Both the position numbers and the translations under genes were made by a program. The notes below the pieces were generated by a model. It was not told the DNA's origin. It did not search any database and saw nothing but the letters and a program-made list of their open reading frames with translations. A stretch of DNA of 64,000 bases from Limnochordales bacterium (GTDB lineage Bacteria; Bacillota; Limnochordia; Limnochordales; DUMU01): the NCBI GenBank assembly GCA_014896315.1, contig JADBKP010000003.1, positions 58,134-122,133 on the forward strand, in the 5' to 3' direction. Of the stretch, positions 48,423 to 57,059 are shown in pieces; within the stretch, counting starts at the first letter, position 1, and the number at the start of each line of letters is the position of its first letter.

Positions 48423-49214
48423 CTAGTGTGCCCGCTGCCTCAGCACCTCATAGAGCAGAATACCTCCGGCGACCGAAGCATTGAGAGAACCAACGCGGCC
48501 CAGCATGGGCAGACGGACTACTACATCACACAGCTGGGCAATGCTACGCCGCATCCCCCGCCCTTCGTTGCCCACCACCACCACCAGCGGTACGGTCAAG
48601 TCCACCTCATACGGAGTGGTAGGAGCGTCGGGTGCCGTCCCCACCACCCACAAGCCGGCGGCTTGCAACTGCTGCAATCCGTACGTCAGGCTGGGCAGAC
48701 GAACCACGGGCAACCATTCCTCGGCGCCAGCCGCGGCCCTGGCCGCGGCAGGGGTGAGCCCGGCCGAGCGCCGTTCCGTTATCAGCACGGCGTCCACACC
48801 AGCAGCCTCGGCAGTCCGCATGAGCGCCCCAAGATTTCGCGGGTCCTGGATCTCATCCAGAGCAAGAAGAAAAGGCTCTCCCTGTATCTGCCCGCCCCGG
48901 CGGCTCCGCCAGCTGGCAAACCTCTCTGCGAGCGCCGCCATCAGATCGTCCAGGGTATGATAGGGGCGGACCGCAGCCAGGGCGACAACTCCCTGGTGCT
49001 CCGTCCCGGCCAGCTGGGAAAGCCTCTCCCGGTCTACCCGTTCCACCGGCACTCGCCGTCGCTCTGCTTCGGCCAGCAACTGCTGTACGCTTTTGCTCTG
49101 CTCCTGCACTCCCCAGGCCAGAAGTAGCTTATGCAGGGGACGCCCGGCCCGCAACGCCTCTGCTACCGCCCGCCTCCCCGCAATCACTTCTTCTCGTTGC
49201 TTTCCTGAATCCAC
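48423..49214 (-). CDS. rlmB: 23S rRNA (guanosine-2'-O-)-methyltransferase RlmB (TrmH group 3)
   Basis: SpoU substrate-binding N-domain plus SPOUT motifs (LDEIQDPRNLGALMRTA, VVVGNEGRGM, SLNASVAGGILLYE). YacO position after mrnC. Confidence 0.88.
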   Translation of the reverse strand: MDSGKQREEVIAGRRAVAEALRAGRPLHKLLLAWGVQEQSKSVQQLLAEAERRRVPVERVDRERLSQLAGTEHQGVVALAAVRPYHTLDDLMAALAERFASWRSRRGGQIQGEPFLLALDEIQDPRNLGALMRTAEAAGVDAVLITERRSAGLTPAAARAAAGAEEWLPVVRLPSLTYGLQQLQAAGLWVVGTAPDAPTTPYEVDLTVPLVVVVGNEGRGMRRSIAQLCDVVVRLPMLGRVGSLNASVAGGILLYEVLRQRAH

Positions 49215-49726
49215 CGGAATATCTCCTCCATCCGTGCCAGTTGCCCCTCAAGGAAGAGAAAACCAAAGAGCGCTTCCAGCCCCGAGCTGTACCGGTAATC
49301 CCGGACATTCGCCCCGGCCGGAACGTTGTGTTTGGGCCGAGCGTTACGCGCCCTGCGCACCACATCCAGTTCGACAGGGTTCAAGCGGGGCAAGACCCTG
49401 GCCAGCGCGGCGGCCTGCGCGCCCGCCCGCACCAGAGCCACGGCCTGGCGATGGAGCTCTGCCAGTGACGCCGGCGTATCCCTGCCGGAGCCTCCTGTGA
49501 GCAGCTCCCGGCGCACGAGCAACTCGTAAACAGCATCGCCCAGGTAGGCCAGCTGCAGAGGCGAATAACGTTGCGCGATCGAGCCTTCCTGCTCACGGCC
49601 CGGTTCGGCCCGGGATCCGATGGCAGGATCTGCCCTTGTCGCTGCCGCAGCTCCTGGAGCGGCTGCATCAGTCCCCGCGGAAGCGCCACCGCGGGCCGGC
49701 CGGCGTATCTTCCACCACAATGCCAC
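49184..49726 (-). CDS. mrnC: mini-ribonuclease 3
   Basis: LAYLGDAVYELLVRR and RRARNA...Y..SSGLEALFGFLFLEG. Start unclear: GTG 49726, TTG 49720 or the track start 49786, all overlapping the cysS 3' end. Confidence 0.8.
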   Translation of the reverse strand: MALWWKIRRPARGGASAGTDAAAPGAAAATRADPAIGSRAEPGREQEGSIAQRYSPLQLAYLGDAVYELLVRRELLTGGSGRDTPASLAELHRQAVALVRAGAQAAALARVLPRLNPVELDVVRRARNARPKHNVPAGANVRDYRYSSGLEALFGFLFLEGQLARMEEIFRWIQESNEKK

Positions 49727-51197
49727 AAGCCCCCAACGCGTCCCGAATCCGGTCGGCCTGGACAAAGTCCCGCCGCCGGCGTGCATCCTCCCGCACCTCC
49801 AGCAGGAGTTCGATCAGACGGGTGGTAATAGCCGTATCGTCCGTTCCACCGGCGGCCGAGGCCCCGAAAGCCCGGTGTGGATCGGCCGGCAGAATGCCGA
49901 GCAACTCCACCCCCAGCTCGCGCATGAGATCCCGTGCCGCGGCCAGTGCGGTCAGGGTGTCACCAGCGAGCTCCGCACCACTGTGCAAAAGGCTGTTGAC
50001 GCTGCGGGTCAATTCAAACAGAGTGCTGATGGCGACCGGGGTGTTCCAATCGTCATCCATCGCCCGCCTGAAGTTTTCCCGCGTCTGCCTAACCACACCG
50101 GCCAGCGGCGAAGTTGCTCCGATTCCCGGGCCGGTCGCCGCGCCCGTTGCCTGCGGTAGAGAGGGCATGACAGTTTCCAGCCGCCGGTTTAGCTCCTGCC
50201 ATCCAAGCAGCAGGCGCTCCCAGCCCCGCCGGGCGGCGGCAAGGGCATCCGCTCCAAACTCAAGCGGGCTTCTGTAGTGAACTGAAAGCAACAAGTATCT
50301 GATAAACTCGGCAGGATACTCCTTGAGCAACGCACGCACCGTGATGAAGTTGCCCAGGGACTTGGACATCTTCTCGGCCCTGGTCGTAACCAGGCCGTTG
50401 TGCAACCAGTAACGTACAAAGGGGGCATCGCCGGTGTACGCCTCTGACTGGGCGATCTCATTCTCGTGGTGCGGGAAGACCAGGTCCAAACCACCACCGT
50501 GGATATCGAAATGGTTACCTAGGTAGTGCAAGGACATGGCCGAACACTCAATATGCCAGCCCGGCCGCCCCGGACCCCACGGGCTCTGCCAGGAGGGCTC
50601 CCCCGGCCGTGCGGCTTTCCAGAGGGCGAAGTCGGCGGGATGGCGCTTCCCCTCCCCCACTTCCACGCGCGCTCCCGCCATCATCTCCTCCAGCCTCTGA
50701 CCTGACAACTTGCCGTAGCCGGGGAAACTCTCCACTGCGAAGTAAACGTCTCCTCCGCTGACGTATGCGTGTCCCTTCTCCACCAGTCGGGCTACCATCT
50801 CGATAATGACGGGAATATGCTCACTGACCTTGGGGTAGACGTCGGCCCGGCGCACCCCCAGGGCATCCATGGCCGCCAGGTACTCGTCGGCATAGCGGCG
50901 GGAGATCTCCAGAGCCGGGATCCCTTCCCGCTGCGCACGGGCGATGATCTTGTCGTCAACATCGGTGAAGTTCTGTACGTACCGGACCTGCCAGCCCCGG
51001 GAGGCCAGATAGCGACGCACTACATCGAAGAAAACAGCCGGCCGGGCATGTCCCAGGTGACTTTCGTCATAAGGGGTCACACCACAAGTGTAGATGCTGA
51101 CCCGCCCCTCATCGCGGGGGATGAAAACCTCCTTCTGGCGCGTCAGCGTGTTCGTGACCCGTAAGGATTCGCTACGATCGCCCACCACGTACTCCAC
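49668..51197 (-). CDS. cysS: cysteine--tRNA ligase
   Basis: HLGHAR (HIGH), KMSKS, zinc-ligand context CGVTPYD. Confidence 0.96.
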   Translation of the reverse strand: MEYVVGDRSESLRVTNTLTRQKEVFIPRDEGRVSIYTCGVTPYDESHLGHARPAVFFDVVRRYLASRGWQVRYVQNFTDVDDKIIARAQREGIPALEISRRYADEYLAAMDALGVRRADVYPKVSEHIPVIIEMVARLVEKGHAYVSGGDVYFAVESFPGYGKLSGQRLEEMMAGARVEVGEGKRHPADFALWKAARPGEPSWQSPWGPGRPGWHIECSAMSLHYLGNHFDIHGGGLDLVFPHHENEIAQSEAYTGDAPFVRYWLHNGLVTTRAEKMSKSLGNFITVRALLKEYPAEFIRYLLLSVHYRSPLEFGADALAAARRGWERLLLGWQELNRRLETVMPSLPQATGAATGPGIGATSPLAGVVRQTRENFRRAMDDDWNTPVAISTLFELTRSVNSLLHSGAELAGDTLTALAAARDLMRELGVELLGILPADPHRAFGASAAGGTDDTAITTRLIELLLEVREDARRRRDFVQADRIRDALGACGIVVEDTPAGPRWRFRGD

Positions 51198-52008
51198 TCC
51201 TCAACTGGATTACATTTCCCCCAACGCCACCCTGCATATCCTCTCTCTCCGCTGCCGGGGACGGTGCTAGAGATGCCACCAGGGGCGGCGGTGTGTCAAC
51301 CCCTTCCATGCTGGCCAGGCTGGCCCACTCTCCCCGCCAGTGGGGGGCACTCGCCGGCTGGATCAACATGCGCAGCTCGGCCAGCTGCCGCTCCAGCTGC
51401 TCGATCCGCGCCTGCAGCTCGCGGAACATCCGGCCTACGGGATCGGGCAGATTGGCATGGTCAAGATCAATCATACCCACCCGCCGGCCATCCTGCACCA
51501 CCACCCTGCCGGGTACGCCCACTACAGTAGAGTTGGGCGGTACCTCCCGCAGCACCACCGCCCCGGCGCCGATCTTGGCGTTGTCGCCAACTTTGAAAGA
51601 ACCCAGGATCTTCGCCCCGGCCGCGACCACTACGTTGTTGCCGATGGTCGGATGCCGCTTCCCTTTCTCTTTACCCGTCCCCCCCAGGGTGCATCCCTGG
51701 TAGAGAGTAACGTTCTCCCCGATCTCGGCGGTCTCGCCGATCACCACGCCGATGCCGTGGTCGATGAAGAGGCCGGGCCCGATCTTCGCTCCCGGGTGAA
51801 TGTCAACGTCGGTCAGGAAGCGGGCGAAGTTGGAGATCATCCGGGCGATCAGGTAGAGACGCCGCTCCCAAAACCAGTGGGCGATACGGTAAAACCAGAG
51901 CGCGTGCAGGCCCGGATAGCAAAGGATCACTTCCAGGACGTTCCTGGCGGCCGGATCGCGTTCCAGAACCGCCTGTACGTCCCGCCGTAAGGTCTGCCAC
52001 CAACGCAT
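51172..52008 (-). CDS. cysE: serine O-acetyltransferase with extended C-terminus
   Basis: [30 protein letters not shown], hexapeptide repeats [31 protein letters not shown] 52008 (track ORF extends to 52080). Confidence 0.92.
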   Translation of the reverse strand: MRWWQTLRRDVQAVLERDPAARNVLEVILCYPGLHALWFYRIAHWFWERRLYLIARMISNFARFLTDVDIHPGAKIGPGLFIDHGIGVVIGETAEIGENVTLYQGCTLGGTGKEKGKRHPTIGNNVVVAAGAKILGSFKVGDNAKIGAGAVVLREVPPNSTVVGVPGRVVVQDGRRVGMIDLDHANLPDPVGRMFRELQARIEQLERQLAELRMLIQPASAPHWRGEWASLASMEGVDTPPPLVASLAPSPAAEREDMQGGVGGNVIQLRSGVRGGRS

Positions 52009-52025
52009 CCGTCCCACTCCCTTCC

Positions 52026-52349
52026 GATGAAAAACCCCCGTCCGGCACAAGTCCGAGACGGAGGTTTCCCGCGGTTCCACTCGGTTTCCCCGCTGCCCGG
52101 CTAAAACCGGTGCAAGCCTGGGGCACTCGAAGGCTTAACGCGCCGGAAACGTCCCCGTCTATTCAGACAGTCCTCGCCTGCCGCCCCACGAGGCTGATGC
52201 CTTTTCGACGGGGCTCCTCCGGGGTGCACACCCGCCGGTGTTTGAACCCGGGGCTGCTTCCAGCCCGCGACAGCCCCTCTCTGCGGGAACACCGGGGACT
52301 CTCCCCCTCATCGGATTTGGTAAAACCCAAGGAAGTTACTTAGGATTCC
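52026..52349 (-). promoter_or_regulatory. T-box leader (probable Cys specifier) with terminator, upstream of cysE-cysS
   Basis: Minus strand T-box sequence AAACCGAGTGGAACCGCGGGAAAC. Terminator CCGTCTCGGACTTGTGCCGGACGG + GGGTTTTT. AGAGAG/GA-motif region upstream. GUGUGCACC segment offers a UGC codon followed by A. Confidence 0.8.
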
Positions 52350-52356
52350 GAGTTCG

Positions 52357-52385
52357 AGTGTAGCTATTTCGAAGGGCACTGTCAA
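52357..52385 (-). promoter_or_regulatory. sigma-A-type promoter for the cysE T-box leader
   Basis: Minus strand TTGACA - 17 nt - TACACT. Confidence 0.55.
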
Positions 52386-52436
52386 TGAACGGAAAGCCGC
52401 TCTTACCGTTCATGCAAAGATTGGGAGCTGCACGTC

Positions 52437-52465
52437 TTGACATGCTAAAGCCGGTAGCATAGGCT
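52437..52465 (+). promoter_or_regulatory. possible promoter for the c-di-GMP riboswitch transcript
   Basis: TTGACA - 17 nt - TAGGCT about 40 nt upstream of the aptamer; weak -10. Confidence 0.35.
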
Positions 52466-52504
52466 GAAGGCAGCAAGACCTGGCCACGTGAGGATTGTCA
52501 CTCT

Positions 52505-52625
52505 CGACAAAGGCAAACCCGTCGAAAGGCGGGGACGCAAAGCCACGGGTCTACCGGGCGGAAGTTGCTTGCGCCGATAGACGCAGGCCATTTCCTCCCC
52601 ACGACAGCCGGGCTGCCGAAAGGGT
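52505..52625 (+). promoter_or_regulatory. c-di-GMP-I (GEMM-I) riboswitch
   Basis: AAAGGCAAACCCGUCGAAAGGCGGGGACGCAAAGCCACGGG matches the Vc2-type core (GGCAAACC-stem-GAAA-stem-GGGACGCAAAGCC). The 3' half ACAGCCGGGCUGCCGAAAGG matches AGCGGGGUUACCGAUGG. The 3' end overlaps the SD-like AAAGGGTGA of the downstream ORF. Confidence 0.75.
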
Positions 52626-52633
52626 GATCAGGT

Positions 52634-53251
52634 GTGGCCGTCTGGCCGTCTTTTCATGTTGGTCGACACATACGTGTCGGCTTAGCCGCAAGAATCATAT
52701 TGGTCGCGTTCTTCACGTGGGGACTGCCTCTACTTGCAGGCTTCTTGCCTTCACCGGGCGTGGCTCACGCGCGGACAGTGACCGCAGTCACCAGTCTGAC
52801 TGTAGTTGTCCCCCCGGTGACCCTGGTCGAACTACCCAAGTCGACTCCGCCTCGGTTCGTTGCAGCCAGTACCAGCGGCGATCATCTCCTGCCCGGAGCC
52901 GTCCACCTGCAAGTACGCAGCAACGTCCCCTGGCAGGTCAGCCTCGCCGCCTCCCCGAAGCTGCAGACGCTGATCCCCAAAGGCATAGACAACGTTCAGG
53001 ACGGTCGAAGCGAGCAACGGGTCGTGCCCGGACCTCGTGCCCTTCTTTTCTGGGCCCCTGCTGGCAGCTCTGCCTGGCAACCCCTCACCCCTGGTGAACC
53101 GGTGATCGTCACGCCGATCTCCCCGCCGTCAGCTCTGACAGACCTCCTTTTTGACTTGCTGGTTCGGCCCGCCCCCGGAGAAGAGTTCGAGCCCGGTGTG
53201 GTCTACCAGGTTGAACTGTTTGTGCAAGCCGTACAGCACTCTGCCATCTGA
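52634..53251 (+). CDS. secreted beta-rich protein, family member A of the locus (riboswitch-controlled)
   Basis: GTG start 5 nt after AAAGGGTGA; signal peptide ...LLAGFLPSPGVAHA. Shares the LQVRSNVPWQV and C-terminal GVVYQVELFV blocks with the 57669-58244 product. Confidence 0.7.
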   Translation: MAVWPSFHVGRHIRVGLAARIILVAFFTWGLPLLAGFLPSPGVAHARTVTAVTSLTVVVPPVTLVELPKSTPPRFVAASTSGDHLLPGAVHLQVRSNVPWQVSLAASPKLQTLIPKGIDNVQDGRSEQRVVPGPRALLFWAPAGSSAWQPLTPGEPVIVTPISPPSALTDLLFDLLVRPAPGEEFEPGVVYQVELFVQAVQHSAI

Positions 53252-53267
53252 TGCGCAGAGACCAGGT

Positions 53268-55427
53268 TCAAAACGTCCATTCGATCTCTTGTACGTAGGG
53301 TGGTACCGGCAACAGTACTCCCGTGCGGCTTTCGCCCGGGGCAAGGCTGAGAACCACTTCAACCGGTCCGGACCTGGCTGCCTTCTGGGGCAGGGTGGCC
53401 GGATCAACCACGAGCTGCCATTCGCCAGGGTAAACATCGTAGAAGGCAAACGTCCCGTCGTCCGCAGTGAACGTGCTAAACGGAGTTCCTGCGAGGCGGA
53501 GGAAGACGCCGCCCAGCCCCGGCTCTCCGCTGTCGCGCAGTCCGTTACCGTTGGCATCGAGGAAAAGCAGCCCGGCAAGGGAGCAGAGCCTTACCAGGGC
53601 AAAGTTGACAACATTGCCCTCCTTTCCGGCTTTGAGGTCGACCGCCCGCCGGGCTTCCGTGCCGGGAGCCAATCCCAGCTCCAGGGGGATGCTTGCCAGA
53701 TCTAACGTGACCTGGTGTCGTCCGGCTCCCAGGAGCTGTAGCCCATATCGCCCTTCGCTGTCGGTGCGGACCGCAGTTCTCTCATCTACCAGCACCGTCG
53801 CCTCGGTTACCGGCTCGTCCCCCCGGTCGAACAGGCCGTTGCCATTGTTATCCACAAAGACGCGCCCGGAGAGGAAAACCAGATCGCCCAGGTCCACTGG
53901 CCCGGCCGGGGTCGTTTGGCCGCCAATCCGGACGGGCGGCTGCCCGAGCTGTACCGGCAATGTCAGGCGGCCCTCGAGCCGCCACTCTGCCGCCTGGCTG
54001 CTGCCTGGCGACGCGGCGTAAGCAAGCAGAAGTGAAATATCACGGGTCGGAGACGACCGTTCCCACTTGGCCTCCAGCTTCATCCGGTCGAGGACCGTTC
54101 GCTGCTCACTACCAGGAGTTCCGGCGAAGCGGATGGGGACATAGGTCAGGCCTCCTTTTAGAGAGAGGCGACCACCGGCGACTGTGTGCGGACTTGTGAA
54201 AGTTACGTTTGTGGATATTTGGGGTACAACGCTTTGCTCCGGGGTTCGCTTTCGCCAGCTGACGTCGCTTTCCCAAACGAAAGGCCAGCCCGCCAGTTGA
54301 CCGCTATCCTGCAGGGTAAAGAGCCGGGTGCGCTCGCCCTGTTCCCGATCACCGGCCAGAGGGTCATCGGTATCCAGGCGCAGCATAAGCCCGGGCCAGA
54401 CAGAGGGATTCCAGAGGAGCGTGAGCCGCCGGCTGGCCGGGACGGATGAGGAGGCCCGGCTCTCCCATTCAGTGGCAGCCGACCATTGAAACCACCCCAG
54501 TCGCCCCGAGATCTCGCCTCCTACTCTCAGCTGGGTCACATCACCATCGACATACCGTTTCACGCTTCCCGACAGCCCGACACGGTATGAAGACCGGAAG
54601 CGCTCCAAGGTCGACGTAACCGACCAGAGCGGCAGGTCATCCCGATCGGCGTTTAGCAGGGCGAAAGCCTCGCTGCGGACGGCAGCCAGGGCCGACCAAC
54701 CCCAGCCGGCCCCACGGTACTCTAGCGTCAGCCCCGCGCTCCCCCCTCCCCTAGCCCAGCCCAGGCTGAGCTGCGCCTTTACCCGGTCGGACCACGCTCC
54801 CTCGATCCTGGCCGCCAGCCCCGCCCCTTGCCCCCACGCGGCTTCCAGTTGCAGCTGGCGGATCCACTGCCCTAGCCCCTGACTTTGCTCCCATCGGGCC
54901 ATGGCGATCGGCAGCATTCCGCGGGCAGATATTACACCCGCTTCCAGGCGGGCACCTTGCATGCCGGTGGAACGTTCCCATGCCAGTCTATCGGCAACCG
55001 TCTCGGCCAGCAGTAGGCTTCCTGACAGCTTCTCGCGGCCGGAAAGAATGATCTTGTAGTCCGGGGCATGGAGTACCAGTTTACTTTGCTCAAGACGAAG
55101 TCCCGAACCGGCAGGAACGTTTACCGCCGGCCAGGCCAGGGTGAGATTAGCAGCAAGCTCCCAGGGCAGACCCCCGGTTACTCCATGTAGTTCGGGTTGT
55201 AGACCTATGGTTGGCTGCCCGCCGGTGTTGAACTTCCAGCCGAGCCACCCGGCGAGCCAGCTCGTCGCCCCTTCCTCGCCCGGCCGACTTTCAACCAAAT
55301 CGCCCTTGTTGTCTCCGGAAGAGTAGACTGCAGTGGCATTCTGCGCCATAAGGCCCAGAAGGGTGAAGGCCAAGGGAAGCAGGATCACGTGTGTGATGTT
55401 ACGGCTGCTCCGTCTGCGCAGGGACAC
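53268..55427 (-). CDS. 719-aa secreted beta-rich protein: N-terminal region of about 510 aa with amphipathic beta-hairpin-like pattern + two C-terminal SdrD-B-like domains
   Basis: Signal peptide (LLPLAFTLLGLMAQNATA). Trp/Gly-rich alternating segments (LSLGWARGGGSAGLTLEYRGAGWGWSALAAVR). Two repeats G.vF.D.NGNG..D.GE....tD..G.y....pG. Ends ...EIEWTF. Confidence 0.75.
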   Translation of the reverse strand: MSLRRRSSRNITHVILLPLAFTLLGLMAQNATAVYSSGDNKGDLVESRPGEEGATSWLAGWLGWKFNTGGQPTIGLQPELHGVTGGLPWELAANLTLAWPAVNVPAGSGLRLEQSKLVLHAPDYKIILSGREKLSGSLLLAETVADRLAWERSTGMQGARLEAGVISARGMLPIAMARWEQSQGLGQWIRQLQLEAAWGQGAGLAARIEGAWSDRVKAQLSLGWARGGGSAGLTLEYRGAGWGWSALAAVRSEAFALLNADRDDLPLWSVTSTLERFRSSYRVGLSGSVKRYVDGDVTQLRVGGEISGRLGWFQWSAATEWESRASSSVPASRRLTLLWNPSVWPGLMLRLDTDDPLAGDREQGERTRLFTLQDSGQLAGWPFVWESDVSWRKRTPEQSVVPQISTNVTFTSPHTVAGGRLSLKGGLTYVPIRFAGTPGSEQRTVLDRMKLEAKWERSSPTRDISLLLAYAASPGSSQAAEWRLEGRLTLPVQLGQPPVRIGGQTTPAGPVDLGDLVFLSGRVFVDNNGNGLFDRGDEPVTEATVLVDERTAVRTDSEGRYGLQLLGAGRHQVTLDLASIPLELGLAPGTEARRAVDLKAGKEGNVVNFALVRLCSLAGLLFLDANGNGLRDSGEPGLGGVFLRLAGTPFSTFTADDGTFAFYDVYPGEWQLVVDPATLPQKAARSGPVEVVLSLAPGESRTGVLLPVPPYVQEIEWTF

Positions 55428-56301
55428 GGTAATTCAGGCGCCCGCCGGTCAGCTTAGCTCCCCCGTAGTCGAAGAGAGCGATAATCTGGTAATCACCGGA
55501 AGGCAAGGGCTCCGGCAGGGCAACAGTGAAAATGCGAGTCGCATCGGGCAACACCGTAGCTGCGGCTTCGTTTATGGGCAGCTGGTAGAGAAGGCGGTCT
55601 CCCTGGCGCACTTCCAGCCTCCCCACGGGCCGCAGGTGTACGTTGCCCGTGTTCTTTACCTGCACCTGAAAGGACGGCGGCTGTACGGCCCCGGAGCTGA
55701 GCGGGCGAGAGACTTCGCGCAGGTCGGTCACCGCCAGGCCCGGCGCCGCTGCACCAATCTGAACGAAAACCTTGATCGCCACGGCTCCAGCAATCATGAT
55801 GCCGCCGGTGCGGGACGGAAGCGCCTGGGACTGGGCCACGATCATGCTACGGTACTCCCCGCCCACCCCGTCGGCCACCGTTGCCGGCACTGAGATTGCG
55901 TAACGAACGGTAAACGTACCTTTAGCCGGGACGTCAAACTCCCGGGGACTCACCCGTACCCAGGGCGAGGCAGAGCGAGGGAGGCTACCCGCAGGAGCAA
56001 GCTCAAGGTCACCGTCGGGACTGATCTGCCAGTCCGCCAAAGTGGTTGTAAAATGCAGCGTCTCGTCGGTGCCGTTGTATACCTGGAAGGTCCCGCTGAC
56101 CGACTTACCAGCCGCGGTCTGGTGCTCAAGCTCAAGGGGGTAGGCGCCGATAACAAACGAACCCTCGGCCGCCCGGCCCGGGCTTGCGACCACTACCATA
56201 AGAGCCACAACCACGGCCGAGAAAATCGCCAGATGGATTGCCCAGCGTCTCACAGTCCGTCGGCCACTCTCCCGTCTTATGACTGACCCGGCGTATCTCA
56301 T
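55399..56301 (-). CDS. secreted two-domain Ig-like protein (PapD-like or DUF916/DUF3324-like candidate assembly factor)
   Basis: Signal/anchor AIFSAVVVALMVVVASPGRAAEG. Domain 1: SGTFQVYNGTDETL...WVRVSPREFDVPAKGTFTVRYAISVP. Domain 2: FQVQVKNTGNVHLRP..GRLEV. ATG 56301 preferred over the track start 56322. Confidence 0.65.
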   Translation of the reverse strand: MRYAGSVIRRESGRRTVRRWAIHLAIFSAVVVALMVVVASPGRAAEGSFVIGAYPLELEHQTAAGKSVSGTFQVYNGTDETLHFTTTLADWQISPDGDLELAPAGSLPRSASPWVRVSPREFDVPAKGTFTVRYAISVPATVADGVGGEYRSMIVAQSQALPSRTGGIMIAGAVAIKVFVQIGAAAPGLAVTDLREVSRPLSSGAVQPPSFQVQVKNTGNVHLRPVGRLEVRQGDRLLYQLPINEAAATVLPDATRIFTVALPEPLPSGDYQIIALFDYGGAKLTGGRLNYRVPAQTEQP

Positions 56302-56349
56302 GCTGGTTTGTACACTCCCCACCCGTTGGCTAAAGCAGAAGCTGCACCA

Positions 56350-56958
56350 TCAGTTCGTTACCGCGGTAAAGGTGATGAACCCCTGGTAAACGGACGGCCC
56401 TGCGTACTCCCACAGGTTACAGATCCGCACGTCCACCCCGAGTACGATCCATGGCCGCCCCGGGCGGGCCCAGACATAGATGGGTCGGCCGCCTTCCGGC
56501 AGAGTCTGGTACTCGGGCAAGAGCGAGTCTTTGCCTGCCACCCGTACTTGCACGTCTTCCCGGCGCAGAGCAGGAGTTCCGGGCTGGTATGAGGCCCAGA
56601 TCACAATGTCCCGCTTGCTGTTGGACAAAAGCAGGAGCAGGATACCGTCAAGCCCGGTCCGCTCCACGTACCCCTGTTCCATGTCGGCCTGGTTCACGTC
56701 CACGGCCAGCCAGGGAGTGAGCACCTCCAGCCAGACAATCTCTTCTGCCAGCGCGCCCACGGTCTGGCTGGCCTCCCGGGAGGCCGCTTCTACCCCGGCC
56801 GCTCCTATCCCCGCTCCTGCTAGTGATCCTGCGAGAAAAATGAGGACAAGCAGGGTGGCGGTAAGCGCCGGCTGCCTCCGCTGCGCTGGTCTCGAACGCT
56901 GCGGTCCGGTCTCAGGCATGTCTACAGGAACCCGCCGCCCCTGCCCCACGTGTACCAT
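56350..56958 (-). CDS. secreted beta-rich protein, family member D (paralog of 57060-57578)
   Basis: Shares DM.(K/Q)GYVE, the L.(V/L)..NS block and the C-terminal (L/V)D(L/V)RI.NLW.YA....Y....TF....TN block with the adjacent gene; hydrophobic signal/anchor. Confidence 0.7.
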   Translation of the reverse strand: MVHVGQGRRVPVDMPETGPQRSRPAQRRQPALTATLLVLIFLAGSLAGAGIGAAGVEAASREASQTVGALAEEIVWLEVLTPWLAVDVNQADMEQGYVERTGLDGILLLLLSNSKRDIVIWASYQPGTPALRREDVQVRVAGKDSLLPEYQTLPEGGRPIYVWARPGRPWIVLGVDVRICNLWEYAGPSVYQGFITFTAVTN

Positions 56959-56983
56959 GTGCATGTCTCTCCGTCAGGACGGT

Positions 56984-57038
56984 GGGGCTCGTAGTCACGT
57001 CCGGCACTCCCCGAGCAAGTACCCGCACTACAAGCCCC
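56984..57038 (-). other. intercistronic 12-bp stem-loop downstream of the 57060-57578 gene
   Basis: Minus strand GGGGCTTGTAGT ... ACTACGAGCCCC (one G:U), 31-nt loop, no U-tract. Confidence 0.45.
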
Positions 57039-57059
57039 TACCGCCACCCACCTCGGGTC

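Noticed and set aside
52495-53097. 200-aa plus-strand ORF starting inside the c-di-GMP aptamer
   Set aside because: It begins within the riboswitch and lacks an SD and a signal peptide. It is out of frame with the 52634 ORF, which has an SD, a signal peptide and paralogs in the locus.
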